DNA of 64,000 nucleotides from Rickettsiales bacterium. Lineage in GTDB: Bacteria > Pseudomonadota > Alphaproteobacteria > Rickettsiales > Rickettsiaceae. Below, in pieces: positions 37,540 through 47,421 of this stretch (the stretch's first letter is position 1; each line of letters starts with the position of its first letter). Below the pieces are notes generated by a model. That model did not search any database. It was not told the origin of the DNA and saw only the letters and a program-made list of their open reading frames with translations. Location of the stretch: NCBI GenBank assembly GCA_046348705.1, contig JAXMDS010000004.1, positions 9,755 to 73,754 of the forward strand. Direction: 5' to 3'. A program made the position numbers and the translations under genes.

Positions 37540-40344
37540 TTACAAAAATTTTCCAGTTACACTTTTTTTATTATTAATAATATCTTGAATTGTACCAGTC
37601 GCAACTATTAAGCCGCCAGCATCTCCTCCTTCTGGTCCTATATCTACTATATGGTCGCTAGTTTTAACCACTTCTACATTATGTTCAATAACTATAACTG
37701 TATTACCTATATCTACTAATTTGTGCAACACTTCTAGTAGTTTAGCGGTATCATGAATATGTAAACCAGTAGTTGGTTCATCTAATATGTAAATAGTTTT
37801 ACCAGTTGACTTTCTTGCAAGTTCTTTTGCTAACTTAATTCTTTGTGCTTCTCCGCCCGATAAAGTAGTTGCAGATTGTCCAATTTTTAAATAACCAAGA
37901 CCAACTTCTTTTAGTCGGACTAGTTTTTCATAAATATGTGAAATATTTTCAAAAAAACCTAATGCATCATCAATTGTTAATTCTAATACATCATATATAG
38001 ATTTATTTTTATATTTAATTTCTAATATTTCTTTATTATATCTTTTGCCATCACATACTTCGCATTTTACAAAAATTTCTGCCATAAAGTACATTTCTTG
38101 TTTAATATATCCTCCACCTTCGCAAGCTTCGCATCTGCCGCCTTTTACATTAAATGAAAATTTTCCAATTCCATAGCCACGACTTTGAGAAATTGGCAAT
38201 CCTGCATATATATCGCGAATATAGTTAAAAATTCCTGTATATGTTGCTATATTTGACCTTGGAGTTCTGCCTATTGGACTTTGATCAATGTCAATAATTT
38301 TATCAATATGCTCTAAACCTGTAATCTTTTTATATTTACCAGGGATTTCTTTAGATTCTTTATTAAAATGCTTATTAATTGCACGATAAAGAGTTTGCAT
38401 AATTAAAGTAGATTTACCACCTCCTGAAACGCCCGTTATACTAATAAATTTACCTAAAGGAATTTCCAAGTCAACATTTTTTAAATTATTTTCACATGCG
38501 CCAATTAATTTAATAAATTTATTTGAATCTTTTCTTTCGCCTTTTATAATATTAATTGAGCGTCTACCGTTTAAATAATCAGAAGTTAAACTATTTTCTA
38601 TTTTCATAATGTCTTTTAATGTTCCATGGCCGCAAATAGTGCCTCCATTTATACCTGCTTCTCTTCCTATATCAATTATATGTTCTGCTGCATTTATGGT
38701 TTCAATATCATGCTCTACTACTATAACTGAATTGCCTTGTTTTACTAATTTTTGCAATATATTAATTAATTTTCTAGTATCTCTTGGATGTAAACCAATT
38801 GAGGGTTCGTCTAGTACATATATAACGCCAGATAAACCAGATCCAATTTGAGATGCAAGTCTAATTCTCTGTGATTCTCCCCCCGATAAAGTATTAGCTG
38901 TTCTACTTAATGTAATATATCCTAAACCAACTTCTATTAGAAAAGAAAGCCTTGACTTAATTTCTACTATAAGAGTTTTTGCTAAAACTTGATCTTGCTC
39001 AGATAATGTTTCAATTAGATTATCAAACCAAGTATGTAAATTTACTACCGGTATTTCTTGAACTTGACCAATATGCAAATTGTTAATTTTGATGCAAAGC
39101 ATTTCACTTTTTAAGCGATACCCATTACATTTATGACATTTGCGATTAGATTTATATTCAGATAAAAATTCTTTTGCATCTAAATCTAAACTATCGCATC
39201 TAGTTTCTAAGCTTTTTATAATTCCTGCAAAATTTTTACCTTGCGATCCTAATATTGTTTCATCTTTAGTGCCTGAGAAAATAATTTTTTTTACATTTAT
39301 TGGAATATTGCTAAATGGAGCAGAAGTATCTAGTTTAAATTTATCTATTATAGGTTTTAAATAATTAGTACAATTTTTAATTGCAGATGCAGAATGCGCC
39401 CAAGGTTTTATTGCTCCTGCTAAAATACTAATTGATTCATCTGGTACTATTTTATTTTCATCAAAATAATACTCAATACCTAAGCCGCTACAAGTTTCGC
39501 AAGCTCCTATTGGATTATTAAAAGATAGCATCTTTGGCTCAATTTCAGGAATTTGAAAACCAGAAACAGGACAAGCATATTTTTGAGAAAATACTATTTT
39601 TTCTTTTATTGGTTCATTTTTATCTGTTACAATTGCTGCAAAACAAATTCCATCCCCTTCTTCAAATGCAGTTGTTACGCTATTTGTTATTCTATCTCTA
39701 TTTGCTTGTGTAATAGTAATACGATCGATAATTATTTCTATATCATGTTTTTTATTTTTTTCTAAATGTAAATTTTCACTATTATTTAAATCATATACAA
39801 ATCCATCAATTAATACTCGCTCAAAACCTTGCTTTTTTAATTCAAATAATTCTTTTTTAAATTCTCCTTTTTCTTCTTTTGCAATAGGTGCTAAAATATA
39901 TATATTGACATTTTCTTTTTCCATTATTAAGTCGACCACTTCTGAAATTGGTTGACTTTTAATTAGCAAGTTAGTCACTGGCGAATAGGGCTTACCTACG
40001 CTTGCATATAACAGTCGCAGATAATCTAAAATTTCTGTCATAGTTCCGACAGTTGAACGTGGATTTCTTGAGGTAGTTTTCTGATCAATTGCAATTGCTG
40101 GCCATAAACCTTCAATTTTATCTACATCTGCTTTTTTTCCTGTATGCAAAAATTGTCTAACATAAGAAGACATACTTTCAACATATTTTCTTTGCCCTTC
40201 TGAATAAATAATTCCAAAAGCTAAAGAAGATTTGCCTGAACCACTAAGTCCTGTTATAACAACTAATTTCTCATGAGGTATTGTTAAATTGAAATTTTTG
40301 AGATTATTTTCTCTTGCTCCGTAAATTTTTATATTTTTTGTCAT
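37540..40344 (-). CDS. uvrA: Excinuclease ABC subunit A
   Basis: GLSGSGKSSLAFG and GVSGGGKSTLI Walker A motifs, two LSGGE(S/A)QRI(R/K)LA signatures, and zinc-finger cysteines (CPVSG..C..C.G.G; CHKCNG; CEACEGGG..C.VC.G). Confidence 0.97.
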   Translation of the reverse strand: MTKNIKIYGARENNLKNFNLTIPHEKLVVITGLSGSGKSSLAFGIIYSEGQRKYVESMSSYVRQFLHTGKKADVDKIEGLWPAIAIDQKTTSRNPRSTVGTMTEILDYLRLLYASVGKPYSPVTNLLIKSQPISEVVDLIMEKENVNIYILAPIAKEEKGEFKKELFELKKQGFERVLIDGFVYDLNNSENLHLEKNKKHDIEIIIDRITITQANRDRITNSVTTAFEEGDGICFAAIVTDKNEPIKEKIVFSQKYACPVSGFQIPEIEPKMLSFNNPIGACETCSGLGIEYYFDENKIVPDESISILAGAIKPWAHSASAIKNCTNYLKPIIDKFKLDTSAPFSNIPINVKKIIFSGTKDETILGSQGKNFAGIIKSLETRCDSLDLDAKEFLSEYKSNRKCHKCNGYRLKSEMLCIKINNLHIGQVQEIPVVNLHTWFDNLIETLSEQDQVLAKTLIVEIKSRLSFLIEVGLGYITLSRTANTLSGGESQRIRLASQIGSGLSGVIYVLDEPSIGLHPRDTRKLINILQKLVKQGNSVIVVEHDIETINAAEHIIDIGREAGINGGTICGHGTLKDIMKIENSLTSDYLNGRRSINIIKGERKDSNKFIKLIGACENNLKNVDLEIPLGKFISITGVSGGGKSTLIMQTLYRAINKHFNKESKEIPGKYKKITGLEHIDKIIDIDQSPIGRTPRSNIATYTGIFNYIRDIYAGLPISQSRGYGIGKFSFNVKGGRCEACEGGGYIKQEMYFMAEIFVKCEVCDGKRYNKEILEIKYKNKSIYDVLELTIDDALGFFENISHIYEKLVRLKEVGLGYLKIGQSATTLSGGEAQRIKLAKELARKSTGKTIYILDEPTTGLHIHDTAKLLEVLHKLVDIGNTVIVIEHNVEVVKTSDHIVDIGPEGGDAGGLIVATGTIQDIINNKKSVTGKFL

Positions 40345-40427
40345 TTAAATTTTGTAACTTAATATATATTAGATTATAATATAATTGTTGTAATAAAAAA
40401 CAATAAAAAAATTAATTATTTAGTTAT

Positions 40428-41333
40428 ATGAGTACTAGTATTAATAAACTTTTCTTTATAGGTACAATTAAAGAAATTACATATCATACAGATGCAAAAG
40501 ATGCTCCTTATGCTTGCTTGATAGTATCGCGTAGTAATAAAAATTCTGATAATAATGATTTCAAAGTTTTAGTATATAAACAAAATTATATTAATTTGAT
40601 TAAAAATGCATTAAATTGTTCAATTTTAATTCATGGAGATGTTAAACAAACTTTAAGAATACAGGAAGGTCAAGAAAATGAGCCAAATTCAATTTATGAG
40701 TATAAAGATAATCTTTATATGCAAGTAGTTGTTGCTCAACAAATTATATTGTTAAATAAAACGAATGATATATCAGAAGAAGATTTTAAAAATCAATTAA
40801 ATTCTTTTAATATATTTTTATTATTAGGTAATACTGGTCAAGATCCAGAAGTAAAAGAAATTATAGATAGAGAAGATGAAACAAAAAATCTTAAATTAGT
40901 AACTTTTAGCATTGCAACAAATAGACCGTATAAAACTGCATCTTTAGAAAAAAAAGAATCAGTAACATGGCACAGAGTTACAATTGCTGCCAATTATACT
41001 AATTCAAGTTTACAAGGACTTGCAAATTTAGTTGCAAATTATGTTAAAACAGGTTCTAAACTATTTATTATTGGATCAATTCAATCAAAATCATTTATTA
41101 GTAGAACTGGAGAGAAAAAAGTTTCATTACAAATGATGCTACAAAATAGCGCTGTTACTTTAAGTATTTTGCAAGATAGTAAAAGAGGAAATGATAGATC
41201 TCGTCATGAAGTAGAATATGATAATGAAAATCGTTATAACAATTTAAATAGTAAAAGAAAAGATTCTAATTATTCTAATAATTCAAATTCTACACTAGAT
41301 CAAGAGTATGATGAAGATCAAATTCCATTTTAA
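40428..41333 (+). CDS. ssb: Single-stranded DNA-binding protein with two tandem OB-fold domains
   Basis: Domain 2 is canonical: NIFLLLGNTGQDPEVKE...VTFSIATNRPYK...VTWHRVTI...YVKTGSKLFIIGSIQSKSF...LQMML. Domain 1 is degenerate but collinear: INKLFFIGTIKEITYH...ACLIVSRS...FKVLVYKQNYINLIKNALNCSILIHGDVKQ...YMQVVVAQQIILL. The C-terminal tip DEDQIPF is the SSB acidic tail. The gene is divergent from uvrA, as in many bacteria. Confidence 0.8.
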   Translation: MSTSINKLFFIGTIKEITYHTDAKDAPYACLIVSRSNKNSDNNDFKVLVYKQNYINLIKNALNCSILIHGDVKQTLRIQEGQENEPNSIYEYKDNLYMQVVVAQQIILLNKTNDISEEDFKNQLNSFNIFLLLGNTGQDPEVKEIIDREDETKNLKLVTFSIATNRPYKTASLEKKESVTWHRVTIAANYTNSSLQGLANLVANYVKTGSKLFIIGSIQSKSFISRTGEKKVSLQMMLQNSAVTLSILQDSKRGNDRSRHEVEYDNENRYNNLNSKRKDSNYSNNSNSTLDQEYDEDQIPF

Positions 41334-41394
41334 TAAAATTTAATAATATATTATTTATTTCTTTGTATGTTAATTATATTATGAATTTTATATT

Positions 41395-42288
41395 ATGAAT
41401 TCTGATTATTTTTTAGAAAGACGAACAATAATTAAAAGATTAGAAAGATATAAATTTTTATTTATTTTAATTTGTATTATTTTAGTTATTTTTTATATTT
41501 ATCATATAAAACAAAATAATCGATTAATTTTAACTGATTATATTGCAAAAATTAAAATTCAAGGTTTTATTTCCAATAATGATTATGATGCTGATAAAAT
41601 TGAAAATTTAATTTATGATACAAATGTAAAAGCTGTATTATTAATAATTGACACACATGGGGGTAATATTGCAGAAAGCGAAAAATTATATTCAATGTTA
41701 AGAAGATTAGCTATTGAAAAACCAACTATCGCAAAAATAGAAGGCATGGCATATTCAGGAGGATATTTAATTGCTACAGCAGCTGATTATATTATTGGAA
41801 TTAATAGTAGTACCATTGGTGCAATTTCTAGTATTGTTCATTCTTCTGAAATTGAAGATTTTTCTCGTGTTGCGGCAATTAATCCAAAAATCTTTTTAGC
41901 AAATGGAATACCAGCTGATAAAAATTATATTAAAAATATAACACCTGAAGCAGAAAAAGAAATAGAAAATTTTATTACAAATATAAATGTATATTATCAA
42001 AAAATAATATCAGAACGTAGAAATATTTCTTTAATAGAATTAAATAAAATTTCAAATGTAATTGCTTACACTGGTGAGCAGGCAAAGCAAGTAGGCTTAA
42101 TAGATGAAGTTGGCTTTATGACAGAAAATTGGGTAAAAAATTGGCTATTTGAAAAAAAAAATATACCTCAAAATTTAGAAATTAGAACTATTAATATTAA
42201 CTCAACTAAAGAAGAAGATATAAATGTAACTGATATATTTAAAAGAATTATGCAAATTCTTGATAAAGCATCTAAATTTATAATTTAA
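41395..42288 (+). CDS. sppA: Signal peptide peptidase SppA (36K / S49 family)
   Basis: N-terminal TM helix, VLLIIDTHGGNIAESE, GMAYSGGYLIATAADYI (Ser nucleophile context), YTGEQAKQVGLIDEVG. Confidence 0.8.
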   Translation: MNSDYFLERRTIIKRLERYKFLFILICIILVIFYIYHIKQNNRLILTDYIAKIKIQGFISNNDYDADKIENLIYDTNVKAVLLIIDTHGGNIAESEKLYSMLRRLAIEKPTIAKIEGMAYSGGYLIATAADYIIGINSSTIGAISSIVHSSEIEDFSRVAAINPKIFLANGIPADKNYIKNITPEAEKEIENFITNINVYYQKIISERRNISLIELNKISNVIAYTGEQAKQVGLIDEVGFMTENWVKNWLFEKKNIPQNLEIRTININSTKEEDINVTDIFKRIMQILDKASKFII

Positions 42289-42452
42289 TGTAATTATATA
42301 AATTTATATAATAATTTATATTATTTAAAAATAAGTGGTAATATTTATAAATCTGTATAAAATTTATTATATTAGATTTAATATTTTGTATTCAAATAAA
42401 ATTTATATAAAATGCAAAATCATATCAAAATGAAAATAATAATATTAATTTA

Positions 42453-43526
42453 CTATAAATAATTTAACATTAAATCTTTTCTAATATTTGCAATATTTTG
42501 TTCTGCAATTTTTTTTGCGTTTTTAGTTCCATTTTCTAATATTTGCATTAAGTCATCATTATGCAAATTAGATCTTTTTTCACGAATAGGATCAAGGAAA
42601 TTATTTAAAGTATTTTGCAATAATTTTTTTACTTCTGAATCGCCAAGGCCTCCTTTTTTATAATGTTCTTTTAGAGAATCTAAATGCTCTTTATCTTTGT
42701 AAAATGCATCAAGATAACTAAAGACAACATTCCCTTCAACTTGCCCCGGATCGGAAATTAAAATATGATTTGGATCTGTATACATCATTTGTACTTTTTT
42801 TTGTACTGTTTTTGCACAATCAGATAGCAAAATTGCATTATTAAGCGTTTTACTTGCTTTTAATTTACCATCTATTCCGATAAGCTTAGGAGTATTGCTT
42901 AAGATCATTTTAATTTTTTCAAAACGTTGAAAATTTTTGCAATATAAATTATTATATTTTTGTGCTAATTCATTTGCAAATTCTATTAAACAAGATTGAT
43001 CCTCTCCAGCTGGAACTAAATTTGCATGGAATAATAATATATCAGCAGCTTGACTGATTGGATAATTTAAAAAACCCATTGGTATTGAATTATCAAACCC
43101 TTTTTGCTGAATTTCTACTTTGAGAGTTGGAATTCTAGATAAATTATTAAAAGTTGCAAGATTCATTAAATATATAGTTAATTCAAATAATTCATGAATT
43201 TTACTTTGAGCAAAAATACACCAAGTTTCAGGGTCTATCCCTACTGCTATATAATCTTTTAATATTTCTATTATATTATTTTTTATAATATGTAAATTTG
43301 CAAAATTATCAGTTAAACCTTGAGTATCTGCAAGTAAAATATAGCATTTATATTCTTTATTGCTTATTTGAGTTTCGAGTCTATTTTGTAAAGGCCCAAC
43401 ATATTTATATTCTTTATTGCTTAATTTAATTTCTTTTTGAAGTGTAATTCTAGTTTGCAAAGATCCAACATAATGTCCAAGATGTAAACATCCAGTTGGC
43501 CTATCTCCAGTTAAGATATTAACCAT
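42453..43526 (-). CDS. trpS: Tryptophanyl-tRNA synthetase carrying an in-frame duplication after the HIGH motif
   Basis: GDRPTGCLHLGHYVG (HIGH region), LLADTQGLTD, VPAGEDQ, GKLKASKT (KMSKS position), MYTDPNH. Confidence 0.9.
   Translation of the reverse strand: MVNILTGDRPTGCLHLGHYVGSLQTRITLQKEIKLSNKEYKYVGPLQNRLETQISNKEYKCYILLADTQGLTDNFANLHIIKNNIIEILKDYIAVGIDPETWCIFAQSKIHELFELTIYLMNLATFNNLSRIPTLKVEIQQKGFDNSIPMGFLNYPISQAADILLFHANLVPAGEDQSCLIEFANELAQKYNNLYCKNFQRFEKIKMILSNTPKLIGIDGKLKASKTLNNAILLSDCAKTVQKKVQMMYTDPNHILISDPGQVEGNVVFSYLDAFYKDKEHLDSLKEHYKKGGLGDSEVKKLLQNTLNNFLDPIREKRSNLHNDDLMQILENGTKNAKKIAEQNIANIRKDLMLNYL
43347..43472. repeat. In-frame tandem duplication (69 + 57 bp) inside trpS
   Basis: YVGSLQTRITLQKEIKLSNKEYK is followed by YVGPLQNRLETQISNKEYK. 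On the plus strand, ATTTATATTCTTTATTGCTTA occurs twice. Confidence 0.85.
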
Positions 43527-43875
43527 ATTAATTTTAAATATAATTTATATTTATATTATACAAATTATACTCGGTAATTATTTATCTAGTTCATGATTAG
43601 ATTTAGTAAAAAAATTAAATGAAACTTAACTATAAAAAAATATATTATATAAATTTACAATATGATTACTTAATTCAATATGCCTAATTAAAATTAAACT
43701 ACTACAAATTAATAAATGTTAATATTAAATTAGAGATTATATTTTATTAACTGTAATTAAGTTTAATTAGTTAAATTAACTTATCTTATCAAGATTCATT
43801 CAAGTGTACCTAGATTTATTTGTAATTCAATTAGGCCTTGATTCGTTAAATCTTTTGACGGTAATGTTAAATTTT

Positions 43876-45324
43876 CTAGTGGTAATGCACTAATTTTTCT
43901 TGTCCTGCATATAATAAAGTATCATTAAAAACATCTACTTCTATACTAGTAGAAACATCTTTTTTTGTATCGTACTCTTCTAATGAAATATTTTTTTCTT
44001 TATCGTCTTCTAATAAATCATTCTTTTGTTGGTTACTTTTTAATTGAACATTTCCTCCTATACTAGTAGAAATATCTTTTTTTGTATCGTACTCTTCTAA
44101 TGAAATATTTTTTTCTTTATCGTCTTCTAATAAATCATTCTTTTGTTGGCTACTTTTTAATTGAGAATATTTAGTTAAAAAATATATAGAAGCCTTATCA
44201 ATATGTGTGCATTTGCGTTCTTGAGATAATAATACTTGATCAATTAAAGCTTGATCTATATCTAAAATTATTGCACAATATAAAAATGATTCATGTTCCA
44301 TGTCTTTAATTTTTGTTTCATCAGTACTAAAATTAATTAGATTTTTATTTAATTCATCAATTAAATAAATTAAAGTTTTTTTAATCGATTTTAGATCATT
44401 AAATTTTTCTAATGATGATGATGATGCTTGCAAAAAAGCATAATGATCAATAATCTTATCAATTATTTTAATATTATCTTTATTTGCATAAGTTAGATGA
44501 CTTAAAAAATATATAATTATATCTGTATCTGTATTTACATTATTACAAATATTATGAAAAATTTCTTTAATATTAAAGTTTATGATTTTAGATGATACAA
44601 GTTGATCAAAACCAAGAGTCTTAATATTATCATATAAATTAAATAAATATTTTTCATATTCATTATATAAAATACTAAATATATTTAATATAATATTAAT
44701 TAAATTTATATAATTCTTAACATTGAATGATTTTACATTATTAATTTTTAATAAATTATCGTCTTTTTCTAAATTATTAAAAGTTATATTAGATTCAATT
44801 TGTTTTTTCAATTTTAATAAATATTTATCTAATTTTTTTTATTTCTATCTGGTTCTTTTTTATTAAACTCTGGAATTAAAGAAATTATTTTATTAAGATT
44901 TAATTGAATTTTTTCTAAAGTATATATATCAAAATAATTTTTATTAGATTCTGTAAAAATATCTGTATTAAAATAATCTTGACTAGTATCTAATAAAGAA
45001 TAAATTAGAATTATTTTTAATATAAAAAATATTAATATTAAGTAATTTTAATAATTCTATAAATTGATTTTTTATATTTAGTATATCAATTTTAATTAAA
45101 TCAAAACTGTTATCATAATAAAAATTATTATTACGATTAATTTCAAATATATGATCAGATATCTTAAAAATTTTATTTTCAAATACATCAATTTTACATA
45201 TATAATTTTCTATATTTTTATGTAGTAAAGCATTTTTCTTATTAAGTATAAATAATCGTATTATTTCATCTAAAATTTTTATTTTACATGTTTCTTCATA
45301 GCCTAAAATTATACTACCACTCAT
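43876..45324 (-). pseudogene. Orphan gene split into three frames (track ORFs 44983..45324 and 43876..44811 plus a bridging open frame); ancestrally about 480 aa
   Basis: An intermediate frame (...SLLDTSQDYFNTDIFTESNKNYFDIYTLEKIQLNLNKIISLIPEFNKKEPDRNKKN*) bridges the two ORFs. A 1-nt change in the T6 run (plus-strand A6 45024..45029) fuses ORF 44983..45324 to the bridging frame. A 1-nt change in the A8 run (plus-strand T8 44843..44850) fuses that frame to ...LDKYLLKLKKQIES of ORF 43876..44811. The latter is otherwise opened only by a TTG. Confidence 0.5.
43927..44160. repeat. 117-bp in-frame tandem repeat x2
   Basis: TATACTAGTAGAAA...TTCTTTTGTTGG occurs at 43942 and 44059. It encodes LKS(S/N)QQKNDLLEDDKEKNISLEEYDTKKD(I/V)STSI twice. 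Confidence 0.9.
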
Positions 45325-46210
45325 GATAAAATTTTATCAAATTTTTAATATAATTTTTTACATCAGAAAAAATATTATCTATTAATTTATAACTTAAGTT
45401 CTTTTCATTTAAGAAAAATATTGATTCTATTGCTATAATATATTTTTTAATTTGAGTTGAGTATTTTTTTTCAGTATCCAATTCAATTAAACTAAAACTT
45501 TCATTATCTTCTTGATCATTATCTTCTTGATCTTTTTTTATATGGCTCAAGTAAAATAAATAAGTTTCTTTATTCTCGCCTTTAAGCAAAATAGTAAAAC
45601 CAAGTAAAATTGAAATAAAATTTTTAATACTACGTAATTTTATATTTATATCTTCTTTATCATGTTCAGTAATTTTAGGAATAATTTTGTTTAACAAAAA
45701 ATTATTATCAAGCTTAAACATTAAATTAATTATATCTTTTGCTGAAGTATAGTTATAATCTTCTTCTTGTATTTGTTTTATTTCATTTAAAAATTTTTTT
45801 TCTTGTTTAGGAAATATTTTTAATATTTTATCTTTTTTTAAATCGCTATTTTGAAAACCATATACCTTTTCTATTAAGAGCGCTATTTTATTTTGAAAAA
45901 TTGTTATTTTCTTAGTAAATATATTAAGAAATTTTTTTTCTTCTTGAGTTTTATTTTGTTTTATATCAATTGCATTTCTTATAAATTTTAAAAAAAATAA
46001 ATCTAACAATCTATTAAAAGCTTTTTCTTGTGCTGGATATTTTAGTTGTATTATTTCTTGATTAAATTTATTATTTAATATTTTTACTATAGGTAAAAAA
46101 ATTTTTGTTATTTTTTCTAAATTAAAATTATTAGTAACATTGAAATTAAGCTTAGATTTTTTTCTATCAAGAAAATTATGTTTATCTGAAATTGTTAAAC
46201 TTTTTCTCAT
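45314..46210 (-). CDS. Orphan 298-aa helical protein (orphan operon member)
   Basis: ORF only. Its 3' end overlaps the next ORF start by 11 bp. No motif recognised. Confidence 0.45.
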   Translation of the reverse strand: MRKSLTISDKHNFLDRKKSKLNFNVTNNFNLEKITKIFLPIVKILNNKFNQEIIQLKYPAQEKAFNRLLDLFFLKFIRNAIDIKQNKTQEEKKFLNIFTKKITIFQNKIALLIEKVYGFQNSDLKKDKILKIFPKQEKKFLNEIKQIQEEDYNYTSAKDIINLMFKLDNNFLLNKIIPKITEHDKEDINIKLRSIKNFISILLGFTILLKGENKETYLFYLSHIKKDQEDNDQEDNESFSLIELDTEKKYSTQIKKYIIAIESIFFLNEKNLSYKLIDNIFSDVKNYIKNLIKFYHEW

Positions 46211-46428
46211 AACTAAATAAATAATTATATAATTAATTATATAAATTTAATAATAAAAAGTAATAATAAATATTAAATAAATGTTATTTATATTTAATAT
46301 ATAGTATTATATATTCATTTAACATTACTTCAATTTGATATAATTTATATTCATACAAAAGGTATATAAAACTAAACTTTTAATTGCTATAATTATTTTG
46401 CAATTTAATACATATTTAAAAAAATAAT

Positions 46429-47421
46429 TTACTCAGTGTATTGTATTATATGAAAACCACTTATAGAAGAATCATCACCTATTATAATGCCACTTGGATT
46501 AAGGCAATCATTTATACTTTCAGTTTTATCTGGCTTATCTTCAATTAAGCTATCATCTGTACTTTTAGTGTTACCTGGATTATTTTTAATCAATTCATCA
46601 TTTGAATCTAATTCAGATCTATTAAGATTTAAATTAATTGTATTATCGTTATATATGGGTGATATTTTTAATAATTGATCCATTATTATTTCACACTGTG
46701 TTTCTTTTTCTGTTATACTTCCGAATAAATATAAAATTTTACTTAAATTATCTTTTTTGTTATAACTTGAAGTTTTAGAATAAATTTTTTGTTTTTCTTC
46801 TATTGCTAGAATAAATTCTGGAAAAAAATTTGAAAATTCTTTATATAATTCATTTGCAAATATTTGTTTAAAATTATATACATCATATTTTATACCTACG
46901 TCTCTTATTGTATTTTTAAGTGCATTATCTTTAAGAGATTCTTTTAAAAAATTTTTCAATTTATGAAATATTACTATTATATCTGATGTTTCTTTTTTAT
47001 CTAAATTTTTTTCATTAATAATATCTTCATTTTCATATAAAAAACTAATATCTAAATTCCTATACTTATAAAGTAAAACAAATATTTCCTTAAGTTTAAA
47101 AATTAATTGATTAATTTTTTTCTCTTCAATTACTTCTGTTTCAAAAAAATTTTTTAATAATTTTGCTGATTCTGGTATATCTTGAAGATTGCTAGATTTT
47201 ATTTGCATTTTCAGCTTTATTCTTTCTATAGTAGTCATTGGAGCTTGAATACTATCTTTAGCACTATTAAGCTCATTAATTTTAATTTGTAACGAGAAAA
47301 ACGATTTATCAAATTGATCTAAAAAATCTTTAATTTTTTCCTTAAATAAATTAGAAATTAATAAAAATTTATCAACTATTTTATATGCAATTTCTTTATT
47401 TTCTTCATTATAAAAATTCAA
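46429..47421 (-). CDS. Orphan 330-aa helical protein with Ser/Asp-rich tail (orphan operon member)
   Basis: ORF only. Its start overlaps the upstream ORF stop by 4 bp (ATGA-type coupling). No motif recognised. Confidence 0.45.
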   Translation of the reverse strand: MNFYNEENKEIAYKIVDKFLLISNLFKEKIKDFLDQFDKSFFSLQIKINELNSAKDSIQAPMTTIERIKLKMQIKSSNLQDIPESAKLLKNFFETEVIEEKKINQLIFKLKEIFVLLYKYRNLDISFLYENEDIINEKNLDKKETSDIIVIFHKLKNFLKESLKDNALKNTIRDVGIKYDVYNFKQIFANELYKEFSNFFPEFILAIEEKQKIYSKTSSYNKKDNLSKILYLFGSITEKETQCEIIMDQLLKISPIYNDNTINLNLNRSELDSNDELIKNNPGNTKSTDDSLIEDKPDKTESINDCLNPSGIIIGDDSSISGFHIIQYTE

